This document shows positions 41,441 to 53,569 of a stretch of 64,000 bases of DNA, piece by piece. The DNA is taken from the NCBI GenBank assembly GCA_963829055.1, contig CAWHHI010000006.1:32001-96000 (forward strand), written 5' to 3'. This DNA is from an uncultured Gemmatimonadaceae bacterium. GTDB taxonomy: Bacteria; Gemmatimonadota; Gemmatimonadetes; Gemmatimonadales; Gemmatimonadaceae. The position numbers and the translations under genes were made by a program. The notes under the pieces were generated by a model. The model worked only from the letters and a program-made list of their open reading frames with translations, had not been told where the DNA came from and did not search any database. Position 1 is the first letter of the stretch; each line of letters starts with the position of its first letter.

Positions 41441-42897
41441 ATGAAATACCCCGAAGTCAGGAACTATCGCGACGGGTCGTTCGTCGACGGCGACCGCGCG
41501 TACATCGACGTCTACAATCCGAGCGACGGCAGCGTCATCTCACGCGTCCCAATGTCGACACGCGAGGACGTGGACGCCGCGGTCTCGAGCGCCGAGCGTG
41601 CGTTTCCGGGCTGGTCGCGGACGCCGATCAAGGAGCGCGTGCAGGTCTTCTACAAGTACAAGGCGCTGCTCGAGCAGCACATCGACGAGCTCGCCGCGCT
41701 CGTCAGCGGAGGAGAACGGAAAGGTCACGAGCGAAGCGCGGGCCGAGGTGCTGAAGGCGGCGGAGCTCTGCGAGTTCGCGTGCTCGCTGCCGCAGATCGC
41801 GCCGGGCGAAGTGCTCGAGGTGAGTCGCGGGGTCGAGTGCCGGATCGAGCGGTACCCGTTAGGCGTCGTGGCGGCGATCACGCCGTTCAACTTCCCGAAC
41901 ATGGTGCCGAACTGGTCCCTGCCTAACGCCATCGCGCTCGGCAACTGCATGATCCTCAAGCCGTCGGAGCTCGTGCCGCTGAGCGCGGGACGGATCGCGG
42001 AGCTGCTGCGCGAGGCGGGGCTGCCGGATGGCGTATTTCAGGTGGTGCACGGCGGGCGCGAGACGGTGGAGGCGCTGTGCGATCATTCCGGCATCGCGGC
42101 GATCAGCTTCGTCGGGTCGACGAAGGTGGCGAAGGTCGTGTACCGGCGCGGGACGGCGAATCTCAAGCGCGTGCTGGCGTTAGGCGGCGCCAAGAACCAC
42201 CTCATCGTCATGCCTGACGCGGACGTCGAGATGGCGTCGACGAACATCGTGGCGTCGATGTCGGGGTGCGCGGGGCAGCGCTGCATGGCGGCGTCGGTGA
42301 TGGTGGCGGTGTCGAAGGTCGATCACATCATCACGCGGATGGTCGAGCACGCGCGCAACATCGTTCCCGGTCGCGACATCGGCCCGGTCATCTCGGCCCA
42401 GGCGAAGGAGCGGATCGAGCGCTACATCACCGAGGCCGAGGACGCGGGCGCGACGGTGCTGGTGGATGGTCGCGGTGCGGTGGTGCCGGGGCGTGAGGGC
42501 GGCTATTTCCTCGGGCCCGACGATCATCGACAACGTGACGCCGGACATGCGGATCGCGCAGGACGAGGTGTTCGGCCCGGTGCTCGCGATCGTGCGCACG
42601 AAGAACGTGGACGAGGCGATCGCGGTGGAGAATCAATCGCCGTACGGGAACGCGGCGTCGGTGTTCACGGAGAGCGGCGGCGTCGCGCGCCACGTGATGG
42701 AGCGCGCGAGCGCGGGCATGGTCGGCGTGAACGTCGGCGTCCCGGTGCCGCGTGAGCCGTTCTCGTTCGGTGGCTGGAACGAGTCGAAGTTCGGCGTCGG
42801 CGACATCACGGGCCGAGGGTCGATCGAGTTCTGGACGCAGTCGAAGAAAATGACAACCAAGTGGAATCGGGAGGCGGGAACGAACTGGATGAGTTGA
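41441..42897 (+). CDS. mmsA: CoA-acylating (methyl)malonate-semialdehyde dehydrogenase (frameshifted)
   Basis: ITPFNFP, KPSE, SFVGST, GGAKNH, GQRCMA, EVFGP, GVNVGVPVP, FSFGGW. Confidence 0.9.
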
Positions 42898-43027
42898 GTG
42901 CGGCTGATGCCGGCTCGCCCCCATCCAAGGGCCAATTTCCGGCCTGAGTATCTCCCTGCTACGATAGCCATGCTGATCGGCCACACCGGCTGAAAGCATT
43001 GCTCGAATCCGTTGCCGGGAGGTTCCC

Positions 43028-43845
43028 ATGTCGGGAACGGGCCTCACTACTTCCAGCCTTCTCGCATTCCTCACCAGTCTGCTGGTGGGATGCCCCGCTG
43101 ACGACTCCGTGATTCCCACGTCGCTGACTCGCGGGCGCGTCAGCGTTGACCATGCCGCTGTTGAGCATGCCGCCGCCAGCCCCGAGTTCGGCTATTTCGG
43201 TGCGACAGGACCCGGGTCTCTGGGGCGGGCTCGACCCTGCGTGGGGTGCCTGCGCGAATGGCCACACCCAGTCGCCCGTTGACCTGGCTGGGGACCTGGT
43301 GCGGTCTCGGAGCCACGACGCCAGAGCTGAGCTTCGACTATGACCACTCCACGACGGGAGAAATCTTCAACAACGGCCACACCGTCGAGATCGAGACCGA
43401 AGGGAAGAACGTTCTCACGATCGATGGTGTCGCGTACTCGCTCACCCAGTTTCACTTCCACTCGCCGAGTGAGCACACGATCAACGGCGATGGGTACGAC
43501 ATGGAGCTCCACCTGGTGCACACCAGTGCCACCGGTGCTACCGCGGTGGTCGCGGTCTTCCTGGACCGGGGCCACACGAGCGGGGCCTTGTCGACGATCT
43601 TCGACCAGCTGCCCAATGACGTGAACGTGCATCACGAGCTCGAAGCGCCCTTCGACGTGCGCGCGTTCCTGCCGCAGACCGTGCCCAATGTCCAGTACAT
43701 CGGGTCGCTCACGACGCCTCCATGCACCGACGGGGTGCACTGGGTAGTGCTGGTCAGTCCCGAAACGATCTCCAGCGAGCAGCTGGCGCAGTTCCACGAG
43801 CGGATCCACTTCAACGCTCGGCCGGTGCAGCGCTCGCTTCCCTGA
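43028..43845 (+). CDS. Alpha-class carbonic anhydrase, probably secreted/lipoprotein (frameshift at ~43300)
   Basis: QSPVD, NNGHT, QFHFHSPSEH, ELHLVH, GSLTTPPCT, NARPVQ. Confidence 0.88.
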
Positions 43846-44288
43846 CCGGCCCGCTCGGTACTGAACGTTCGCGCTCGGGACAACCGCCCTCCCCGGGCCC
43901 CTCCCCCTCTGGCTCGTTAGGCAGCACATCGCGGCGCGCTGGCCGTAGCCCGGCCGGCGCCCCTTCGCGGCAGGGTTGGTTACCCTGCGTGCCGCGAGCT
44001 GGCGTGCCCGCATCTCCGCGGCGCTTACCACGCTGGTGCATACGCGGTCGGTGGGGTCTGATGTGATCATGGTATCGCCGATAGCGACCACGGACGGCGA
44101 AAGATCGGGTTTGCCGCAGGTTGGGGCGGACCGTATGTTGGCCCTGAGGACCCACTCGAGACACAACGGCGACGCGCCGCAACTGGCGGCGCTGGAGTCG
44201 CTTGAACGGTTCGAACGACTCTGACTCCTTGGTCTCGAACTGAGAGTCCACTGCATCCAGCGACGAGCTGGCTCTATCGGGGGTGACC

Positions 44289-45418
44289 ATGGCTGATCGT
44301 TCGACGACCTTTACGGGTATCCACTTCGAGAACCCGTTCCTGCTCTCCTCCGCGCCGCCAACGGAGTCCGAGAGCAACATTCTCCGCGCGTTCGAGGCCG
44401 GGTGGGGCGGAGTCGTGACGAAGACGATCGGGCTGCATCCTGTCGTCAACGTCGTCGGCGCGAAGGCGAAGTTCATGCGCACGTCGCCTGACGACGCCTA
44501 CGTCTCCATGAAGAAGCGGCCCGGTGCGGCGCTGCACTCGTCGTGGAACTGGGAGCTCATCTCCGACAAGGCGCTCGACTGGTGGGTGCCGCGCATCCGC
44601 GCATCAAGGAAGCGTTTCCGAATCGCGTGCTCATCGCGTCGATCATGGCGGGTTCCGGCAACGACAAGGAGCTCCGCAACTGGCAGACGCTCGCGGAAGC
44701 GTGTCAGGATGCCGGTGCCGATGGACTCGAGCTCAACTTCTCGTGTCCGCACATGGACCGGAAAGACATGGGGTCCAACATCGGCAAGGATGAAGGGCTC
44801 TGCTCGGTCGTGACGGAGGCGGTGAAGGCGGCGGCGAAGGTGCCGGTGTGGACGAAGCTCACGCCGGCGACGAACGACATCGTGGTCGAGGCGGCGGCGT
44901 GCTTCCGCGGCGGCGCCGATGCGATCGTGTCGTCGAACACGTTTCCGTCGCTGCCAATGATCGACCCCGAGACGCTGGAGTTCGAGATCAACGTCGACGG
45001 TTTCGTGTCGAGCGGCGGCCTTGGCGGGCCGGCGATTCTGCCGCTGTCGTTATGCAACATGGCGCGCATGTGCCAGGCGTTCCCGGACAAGGCGTTCTCC
45101 GGGATCGGCGGCGTGTCGGACTTCGCCCAGGCGCTGTCGTACTTCCTGCTCGGCTGCGGGACGGTGCAGGTGTGCACGTCGGCGATGCTGGATCAGGCCG
45201 TGGGGCCTAACGTGATCAAGCGGCTGCTCGCGGGCCTGGATCGATTTCTGGAGCAGCATGCGGCGGACGGTTGGACGTCGCTCGAGGATTTCCGCGGGAT
45301 CCGTCGTGATCGCATGGTGGCGCAGTCGGCGATCCGTCGTCCGGCCGGTGATGACTACCAGGGCGGGTACGACATCGTCGAGGGATACGCGGCGCCGGAG
45401 CAGCCGGCGCGGGTCTAG
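44289..45418 (+). CDS. preA: Dihydropyrimidine dehydrogenase catalytic (PreA/PydA-like) subunit, frameshift at ~44600
   Basis: NPFLLSSAPPT, GWGGVVTKT, N.ELISD, IASIM, ELNFSCPH, KLTP, SGIGG, VQVCT. Confidence 0.85.
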
Positions 45419-45421
45419 GCA

Positions 45422-45536
45422 CTGTCATCCCGAGGAGCGGCAGCGACGAGGGACCTTCTGCGATGTCATCGTAGCCCGTCCGGCCACAAGAACACTCACA
45501 GAAGGTCCCTCGTCGCTTCGCTCCTCGGGATGACAG
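45422..45536. repeat. Long palindromic GTCAT..ATGAC element
   Basis: CTGTCATCCCGAGGAGCG..GCGACGAGGGACCTTCTG / CAGAAGGTCCCTCGTCGC..CGCTCCTCGGGATGACAG. Confidence 0.8.
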
Positions 45537-45546
45537 AGGAGAATCG

Positions 45547-46920
45547 ATGCAACTCGATACGATCGTCAAAGGTGGTACCGTCGTCACGCCTGGCGGGACG
45601 TTCGTCGGCGACGTCGGGATCGCGGGCGAGAAGATCGCCGCGTTAGGCTCGTCGCTCGACGCCGCGGGCGCCAAGACCATCGACGCCACCGGCCACTACG
45701 TCATCCCCGGTGTGCTCGACGTCCACGTCCACCTCGAGCTGCCGTTCTGCGGCACCGTGTCGGCCGACGACTACCGCAGCGGCACCCGCGCTGGCGCGCG
45801 TGGCGGCGTCACGACGCTCATCGACTTCGCCATCCCCTACGCCGGCGACTCGCTGAACGACGCCGCCGACAACTGGATGAAGAAGGCGGAAGGAAAGTCG
45901 CTCATCGACTACACGTTCCACATCTGCATCACGCGCTGGAACGAGCACAAGGATCAGATCGAAGGGATGGTGAAGCGCGGCTTCACGACCTTCAAGGAGT
46001 TCATGATCTACGAGTCGGAGGGCTGGCAGTCCGACGATCGCGCGCTCTACGGCACGCTGGAGAAGATGCGCGAGTACGGGACGATGCTGCTCGTGCACGC
46101 CGAGTCGGCGCGGGTGCTCGATGAGCTCATCGCGCGGCATCACACGCCGGAGCTCATGAAGCAGTACGGCGCGCGGCTGCATCCGATGACGCGCCCCAAC
46201 TTCGTCGAGGCCGAGGCGATCCAGCGCGCGGTGCAGTGGAGCGAGGCGACGGGCGGGAAGCTCTACATCGTGCACATGTCCACGGGCGAAGGCGCCGACA
46301 TCATCCGTGCGGCGCAGGCGCGCGGCGTGCCGGTGATCGCCGAGACGTGCGTGCAGTACCTCGTGCTCGATGACTCCGTGTTCGAGCGTGAGGACGGCCA
46401 TCTCTTCGCGTGCTGCCCGCAGCTCAAGAAGCCGAAAGACGTGCAGCGTCTCTGGCAGGGATTGAACGGCGGCGAGGTGTCGGTGATCTCGACGGACACG
46501 TGCACGTTCACGCGCGAGCAGAAGGCGATGTGGGAGGGCGACTGGACGAAGATCCCGATGGGCATGCCGGGTCTCGAGACGCTGCTGCCGCTCACGTACA
46601 CGCACGGCGTGTTAGGCGGCCGGATGTCGATCGAAGACATGTGCATGAAGCTGAGCACGAACCCGGCGCGCATCATGAACCTCGCGCCGCGAAAGGGATC
46701 GATCGCGATCGGCGCGGACGCGGATCTCGCGATCATTCACCCGACGCGGAAGCACACGGTGGATCCGTCGGCGATGGAGACGAACGCGGACTGGTCGCCG
46801 TTCGAGGGGTGGGATCTGGCGGGGTTCGCGAGAACGACTGTGTCGCGCGGAGAGGTGATCGTTGACGACTATCGCGTCGTTGGGAAAGAGGGGCGTGGGG
46901 TCTGGCTTCGTCGGGAATCG
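45547..46920 (+). CDS. hydA: Dihydropyrimidinase (D-hydantoinase); stop codon obscured by a repeat
   Basis: PGVLDVHVH, GGVTT, FKEFM (carbamylated Lys), VHAE, YIVHMS, AETC, STD, GMPGLE, NPA, GADAD. Confidence 0.9.
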
Positions 46921-46994
46921 GGAATAGGGAATCGGGAATCGAGACGCTTCCCGGGGCACAGTTCCGATTCCCGATTCCCGATTCCCCATTCCCG
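46912..46994. repeat. Inverted heptamer element: (GGGAATC)n - spacer - (GATTCCC)n
   Basis: Four GGGAATN units, a 23-nt spacer, four inverted units. Confidence 0.8.
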
Positions 46995-47004
46995 CTGGTG
47001 CTCG

Positions 47005-48499
47005 ATGACAACACATACGGGAGTCGAGAGCTCGACATTCACTCCACCGGCTGCCGGCTCACGGCGATCTCCGATAGCCCGCTCTGGAATCCCGACCTCG
47101 CGCCGACCGCGCCTGAACGCCGGACCTGGTCCACGTACAACATCGCCGCGCTGTGGATCGGCATGAGCGTCGTCATCACCACGTACACGCTCGCGTCCGG
47201 GCTCATGGCGCAGGGCATGACCTGGTGGCAGGCGATGGTCACGATCTTGTTAGGCAACACGATCGTGCTCGTGCCGATGATCCTCAACGCGCACGCGGGC
47301 ACGAAGTACGGGTTGTCGTTTCCAGTCCTGTGTCGGGCGAGCTTCGGGGTGCGCGGCGCGAACGTGCCGGCGATGCTGCGCGCGATCGTCGCGTGTGGAT
47401 GGTTCGGCATTCAGACGTGGATCGGCGCGCTCGCGCTCGATGCCCTGTTCACAGCCGCGTGGCCGGGCTGGGCCGCGGATGCCCGGCAAGACCGTCATCG
47501 CGTTCGGGATCTTCTGGGGCATCCAGGTCGTCATCATCCTCAAGGGCACCGAAGGCATCAAGGTGCTCGAGAGCTGGTCGGCGCCGCTGTTGTTAGGCGG
47601 TGGTGCGTTGCTGCTCTGGTGGGGCATCGACCGCGGGGGCGGACTCGGGCGCGTGCTCGGTGAGTCCGTCAAACTGCAGCAGGGAAAGACGCCGTTCTGG
47701 ACGTTGTTCCCCGCGGCGCTCACGGCGAACGTCGGGTACTGGGCGACGCTCAGTCTCAACATCCCCGATTTCACGCGCTACGCGAAGAGCCAGCGCTCCC
47801 AGGCGTTAGGCCAGGCGCTCGGGCTGCCGACGACAATGACGGCGTTTGCATTCATCGGCGTCGCGGTGACGAGCGCGACGATCGTGATCTTCGGCGCACC
47901 GGTGTGGGACCCCGTCGTGCTCGTGACGAAGATCGGCGGAGCCGGCGTGGTGGTGTTCGCGGCGCTGGTCGTTCTCGCGGCTCAACTCACGACGAACATG
48001 GCGGCGAACGTCGTGTCGCCAGCGAACGACTTCTCGAACCTGAGCCCGCGGCGGATCAGCTACGTCACGGGAGGCCTGATCACGGCGGTCTTCGGGATCG
48101 TGATGATGCCGTGGAAGCTCTACTCCGACGCCGCCGCCTACATCTTCACCTGGCTCCTCGGCTACTCGAGCCTGATGGGCGCGTTAGGCGGGATTCTCAT
48201 CGCCGACTACTGGGTGTTACGCCGCCAGCAGCTCGACGTGAATGACCTGTTCCGGGAGCAGGGGCGTTACACGTACCGGAACGGCATCAACATGCGTGCG
48301 ATCGCCGCGCTGGTCCTGGCGCTTCTGCCGGTCGTGCCGGGCTTCATTCGCGCGGTGTCGGTGCCCGGCGGGCGAGTCGCGGATCCCAACGTTCTCGACG
48401 ATCTGTACTCGTACGCCTGGTTCGTGACGTTCGCGTCTGAGCTTCGTCCTGTACCTGCTCTTCATGCGCGGTGAGTCGTCGCATCGCGTGCGGCAGTAG
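47005..48499 (+). CDS. NCS1 family nucleobase:cation symporter (frameshifted)
   Basis: NPDLAPT..RTW, G.KYG.SFPV..RASFG, WFGIQ, WATLSLNIPDFTRY, N.AAN, PWKL, ADYW. Confidence 0.9.
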
Positions 48500-48541
48500 C
48501 GTGTCATTCCTCGACTCGCTGCGGTCGCACGGAATGACACG
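48500..48541. repeat. Short GTCATTCC..GGAATGAC palindromic repeat
   Basis: CGTGTCATTCC TCGACTCGCTGCGGTCGCAC GGAATGACACG. Confidence 0.75.
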
Positions 48542-48579
48542 TACCCTTGATCGGATGCGACTGACGCCGGGCTGTAGCG

Positions 48580-49260
48580 TCAGCTCTTCAGCTCGTTCTC
48601 CTTGATGCTCTGCGCCTTCGTGAGGTGCTCCTGCACCTTTCCGGTCGCCTTCTCGATCGCTGCACGCAGCTCCGCACTGGTCGTGTTCTTCGCTGCGTCC
48701 TGAAGCTTGTCGAGCAGGTCCTTGTGATCGTCGATCTGGTTGTCGATGTACTTCTTGTCCCAGTCGGCGCCCGCAGGCTTGTCGGTCAGGTCCTTGATCT
48801 GGTCCCTCGCGTTGTCCATGACGTCGTGGACGTCACCGTCAGCCGTGTCGGGAGTCACCGACAGCTTTGCTGCGAGAGACCTCATTTCGAGCGCGAGCGC
48901 ACGGTGCTCGGTGACGAGCTGCTGCGCGAACTTCTTCACGGCAGGGTTGGTTGCCTTTTTTGCTGCGAGCTGGCTCTCGCGCACCTCGCCGGCGTTGTTC
49001 GCGCCGATGAATCCGAAGACGGAGGCGTCGGTCCAACCGCCACGCTTGACGACGCTTCCTGCGGCGGACTCCATCTTCCGGGCCGCTGTGTCTGCGGCCG
49101 CGCCGACACGGCTCGCCGCCGTGTCCACGGCCGCGCCAACCCGATTGGCCGTGGTGTCCGCCGCGCTATCGGCCGCGGCGCGGTCCTGCTGGCTGCAGGC
49201 ACAGAGTGTCAGGACAACGGCGGCTGTCCCGCACAAGAGACCATTCGTTCCGAACTTCAT
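48580..49260 (-). CDS. DUF4142-like lipoprotein
   Basis: AGGAGG RBS, lipobox-like LCAC, EVRESQLA..KA.NP.VK.FA..L..EH, D..Y...Q...H. Confidence 0.75.
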   Translation of the reverse strand: MKFGTNGLLCGTAAVVLTLCACSQQDRAAADSAADTTANRVGAAVDTAASRVGAAADTAARKMESAAGSVVKRGGWTDASVFGFIGANNAGEVRESQLAAKKATNPAVKKFAQQLVTEHRALALEMRSLAAKLSVTPDTADGDVHDVMDNARDQIKDLTDKPAGADWDKKYIDNQIDDHKDLLDKLQDAAKNTTSAELRAAIEKATGKVQEHLTKAQSIKENELKS

Positions 49261-49531
49261 GGGCCCTCCTTTCTTGTGGGCCATGAGGAAGTCGAATTCA
49301 CCTTCGTCGGCGACTGATCGGTGTGCAAGACGCGTTCTTCGGGGGCGGTTTTCGCTCGGCTGACCCCGCTGCATTCGCGGGGTGTTCGGACGCGCCTGCT
49401 GTACCGCCTCGCTGTCTCCCACCGACCTCCGCCACGGCGCGTTAGGCGTGCCGGCACTCGAGAGAGATCGCCACAATCGGAAATGCTCGCGCTCAGGGTC
49501 GAGGATTCGTCCTTGGGTCAATGGCTTTCTA

Positions 49532-49582
49532 TCCGAGCGGAGCGAAAGCGCCCAGCGCCTTCGGCGCTCCGCTCGGAATGAC
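49532..49582. repeat. Degenerate member of the GCTCGGAATGAC palindrome family
   Basis: TCCGAGCGGAGCG ... CGCTCCGCTCGGAATGAC. Confidence 0.6.
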
Positions 49583-49587
49583 TGCGG

Positions 49588-50121
49588 TCAGTCGTTGAAG
49601 TTGATGTGCCCCTCGAACGATCCGGTCGAAGTCGACCTCGCCGTCGCAAAATCAATGACGCCAATCTTCCGCACCGTAAACGTGCCGGTGGCTCCGGCAA
49701 ATCGTCCGCTGCCGCCGACGATCGTCAGAACCTCAGTGAAGCTCACGACCGTTGGATCCTGGCTTACAGTAGCCACGCCGACAAACGTGGTATGCAGCTG
49801 GTCGCCGTTCGCCGCGACGAAGTCGTAGGTACCTGTCGCCGTCGGCGTTGCCAGATCAGCGACAGCCGCGTAGGTCATCGTGAAGCGGCCGAGGTGAGTC
49901 GCGGTGCCGACGCCGGTTCCCTGGACCAGGAGGTTCGGTGGAACAACCACGCCCTGGTCAGCCGCCGTGAACGCGCCACTGAACGGCAGCTGCGTCGCGT
50001 TGTGCGAATGCGCCAGCGCCGGGCTGGTCGGCGAGGTTGGTGACGTCGAAACCTGGTCGCTGCAGGCCGCCGCGAGCACACTCACGGCGAGAATGATCGG
50101 TCGCATGACGATCGGTCGCAT
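49588..50121 (-). CDS. Secreted beta-rich hypothetical lipoprotein
   Basis: Lipobox LAAAC; G.ATHLG, AANGD.L, I.GG.GRFAGATG. Confidence 0.65.
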   Translation of the reverse strand: MRPIVMRPIILAVSVLAAACSDQVSTSPTSPTSPALAHSHNATQLPFSGAFTAADQGVVVPPNLLVQGTGVGTATHLGRFTMTYAAVADLATPTATGTYDFVAANGDQLHTTFVGVATVSQDPTVVSFTEVLTIVGGSGRFAGATGTFTVRKIGVIDFATARSTSTGSFEGHINFND

Positions 50122-50372
50122 AGGAGCTCCTTCCCGTTTGAAGAACGACGCGGGCCACGGCCCGGCATGGATGGATGCGCGGGTCTCGAGGTGGCGCACC
50201 GAGAAGGGCGGACACTACCGCGCCGATCGCCGCGGCGTCTTTAGAGTTCCCTTTGAAAGCCGTTGAATGTCGATTTGTGCGTCGTTGAACCGGTGTTTGC
50301 CTGATCTCCGGGTGACGTTACGACGCTGCCGGCGCCCTTGCGCATGATCGGCCGGCGAACCCATCGTGGCTC

Positions 50373-52554
50373 ATGGACGGCAATGGATCAGCGTCGCGAG
50401 TCCACTTTGGCACGGTGACGCTCATCCCTGATGAACGCCTCGTGCTGAAGGACGGCCGAGCCCGTGCCGCTCACCCCGAAGGCGTTCGACCTGCTCGTGG
50501 TCCTCGCGGCGAATCCCGGACGCCTGCTCACGAAAGAGCACCTGATGCAGGCGGTCTGGCCGGACGTGATCGTCGAAGAATCGAACCTCGCCTATCACGT
50601 CTTCGCGATTCGCAAAGCACTCGGCGAGAGCGCCGCCGCCGATCGGTTCATCGAGACCGTGCCGAAGCGCGGCTACCGGTTTGTGGCGCCCGTGCGGACC
50701 GACGCTGCGGTCCAGTCCGCCGTCGCTTCGGACGCCGAGCGCAGGGAGCATTTCCCCGGCAGACGTCGAACGGGTATCACGTTGCACGTATGGCTAGGTC
50801 TCGTGGGTGGCCTGGCGGTCTTCGCGTTGATGCTTCCGCGCCTCGGCCCATTCCGATCGAATTCCGGTTCAGCCACGTCGGTTCATTTTCAGGAACCGGT
50901 CACGGGGCGTCTGGCAGAAACCGGGATGTTCTCGATTTCCCCGGATGGACGTCGTCTGGTCTTCGCGGCCGAAGGCGCGGACGGCGTCCTGCGGCTGTGG
51001 TCACGCGCGCTGAACACGCTCGAGCCGGTTCCGCTCTCGGGCACGGACGTATTCGCCATCATCCCGCCCGTCGTCTGGTCTCCCGACAGCAGATTCGTCG
51101 CCTTCGACCCTGGCTACGTGCTCAAGAAGGCCGGCGTGGACGGCGGCGCACCGGAGTCGTTATGCGAGCTGCCTGGTACCGCCGTGGGCGGAAGCTGGAA
51201 CCGCGCGGGTGACATTCTTCTCGGAAACGCTCTCGGTGGTCTGATCCGATGCCCCGCCTCGGGCGGAGGCGCGACGACGGTGACGGTGGCGGACCTGTCC
51301 AAGGGGGAGCTTCACATCTTTCCGTCGTTCCTTTCGGACGGACGGCGTTTCCTGTACCTGCGCATTTCGCGCACGAACCCCGAGACATCCGGGATCTATC
51401 TCGGTGAGCTCGATGCCGAATCGCGCAGCGTCGGAGATCGGCTGATCACGACAGGGTTCGGCGCTGCCTTCGTGCCCGCAGTCGGCTCGGGGCCCGGCAC
51501 GATCGTCTTCGCGCGCGACGCGACACTCTTCGCCCAGCGTTTCGACGAGCAACGGCTGGAGTTGATCGGCGACCCGATTCGTCTTGCCGATGGAATCGGT
51601 TCGTATCTGGACGGGGCCTTCTTTTCAGTCTCGTCGAAGACGCTCGTCTACCGAGCCCCGGAGCCGGACTCCAGACTCACCTGGTTCGACCGCCAGGGTA
51701 AAGAGCTCGGGCGTGTGGGCACGCCAGACCGATTCTCGGGTCTCTCGCTTTCGCCCGACGGCAATCGAGCGCTCGTCACGACGCAGGCGCCGCAGGGTAC
51801 TGTGAACGCAGACCTGTGGCTGTTCGATCTGACTGCGACTGCGACGCCGCGACAACGGCTGACGTTCGGGCCCGCACTGGAGTACTGGCCCACGTGGTCG
51901 GACAACGATCGGTTCGTGTACGGTTCCGGCGGGGGAGCATCGGGTGTGTATCAGCAGACGCTCGGCAGCGAGCGTACGCTGTTGTTCAAGACGTCGGGCC
52001 CCGAAGTCCCGACGAGCATGAGCGGCGATGGACGCATTGTCCTCTACGTGACGATTACCGGACCGGCCACGGGCGCCGACGTGTGGGTGCGCGTGGGTGG
52101 TCGTACTTCGGCGAGCCCGCGGCCGTTCCTGCAACGCGAGAAGGACCAGACGGAAGCCCAGCTTTCACCGGACAGCCGCTGGGTCGCCTACGTCTCGAAC
52201 GAGGCAGGTCCCAGCGAGGTGTTCGTCACCGAGTTTCGGTTCGACCCAGCCACTGACTCGGTCAGTGCTGGCGAAAGCGTTCGCATTTCCGAGGGCGGTG
52301 GCCGCGCGCCACGGTGGCGTCGCGACGGACGGGAGTTGTTCTACCTCACGCCGGATGGTTCGGTGATGGCGATCGAGGTCGGTGCGACGAGCGCATTTCG
52401 TCCAGGTATGGCGAAGCGACTGTTCAACGTGCCGGGTGTGATCCCCGAATGGGGAGTGACCCCGGACGGCGCTCGTTTCCTGTTCGCGGTACCCGTGAGC
52501 CCGCCTCCGCCGTTCCACGTGGTGCAAGACTGGCAGGCAACACTTCCCAAGTAG
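50373..52554 (+). CDS. CadC/OmpR-type winged-helix + TM + TolB-like PD40 propeller one-component regulator (frameshift at ~50460)
   Basis: LTPKAFDLL..L..NPG, VWPD..VEESNL, IETVPKRGYRF; TM helix; SPDG repeats. Confidence 0.85.
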
Positions 52555-52562
52555 GAGACTTC

Positions 52563-52634
52563 GTTGTCATTCCTCGACTCCGCGCTGACGCGCTCCGCTC
52601 GGAATGACAACATCCCCGATTCCCGATTCCCGAT
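52563..52634. repeat. Short GTCATTCC..GGAATGAC palindrome followed by GATTCCC heptamers
   Basis: GTTGTCATTCC..GGAATGACAAC (52563-52611), then CCCGATTCCCGATTCCCGAT. Confidence 0.75.
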
Positions 52635-52636
52635 AA

Positions 52637-53505
52637 ATGCCACGCATCGTCAAAGCCGGTCTGATCCAGACCTCGCACGCGTGCAGCACCGCCGAGCCGA
52701 TCGAGACCATCCGCGAGGCGAACATCGCCAAGCACATGTCGCTCATCGAGCGGCCGGACAGGAGGGCGTGCAGCTCCTCTGCATGCAGGAGATCTTCACC
52801 GGTCCGTACTTCTGCGCCGAGCAGAGCGCGCGATGGTACGACGCCGTGGAGCGGATTCCCGACGGCCCGACGACGCGGCTCATGCAGCAGGTCGCGAAGA
52901 AGTACGAGATGGTGATCGTCGTTCCGCTGTATGAAGAGGACGGCGCGGGCATCTACTACAACACCGCCGCCGTCATCGACGCGGACGGCACCTACCTCGG
53001 CAAGTACCGCAAGAATCACATCCCGCACTGCGCGCCCGGCTTCTGGGAGAAGTTCTACTTCCGGCCAGGAAACCTCGGCTACCCGGTATTCAAGACTCGT
53101 TATGCGGACGTCGGCGTCTACATCTGCTACGACCGGCATTTCCCGGAAGGCGCGCGCGAGCTCGGGTTGAACGGCGCGGAGATCGTGTTCAATCCGTCGG
53201 CGACAGTGGCGGGGTTGTCCGAGTATCTGTGGAAGCTCGAGCAGCCGGCGCACGCGGTGGCGAACGCGTTCTTCGTCGGCGCGATCAATCGCGTGGGCTA
53301 CGAAGAACCGTGGCGCATCGGCGAGTTCTACGGCCAGAGCTACTTCTGCGACCCGCGCGGGCAGTTCGTGGCGCAGGCCTCGCGTGATCGGGATGAGCTC
53401 ATCACGGCGGAGATCGACCTCGACAAGATCCGCGAAGTGCGCAACGTGTGGCAGTTCTACCGCGATCGCCGGCCCGAGACCTACGGCGGGCTGTGCAAGC
53501 TGTGA
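52637..53505 (+). CDS. pydC: Nitrilase-superfamily beta-ureidopropionase (frameshift at ~52755)
   Basis: E-K-C triad motifs QEIF, YRKNHIP, ICYDRHFPE; FWEKFYF, FNPSAT, FYRDRRPE; pathway context. Confidence 0.8.
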
Positions 53506-53569
53506 CGCTTGCGTGGCGCGCCGCTATTGTCGGCGCGCTGTTGCTCGTTAGGCCCAGTGGCGCGAGCGT

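Noticed and set aside
43850..44285. preT or a riboswitch upstream of preA
   Set aside because: No flavoprotein or Fe-S motifs recognised in the listed frames, and no riboswitch consensus recognisable by eye. An Rfam search would be needed.
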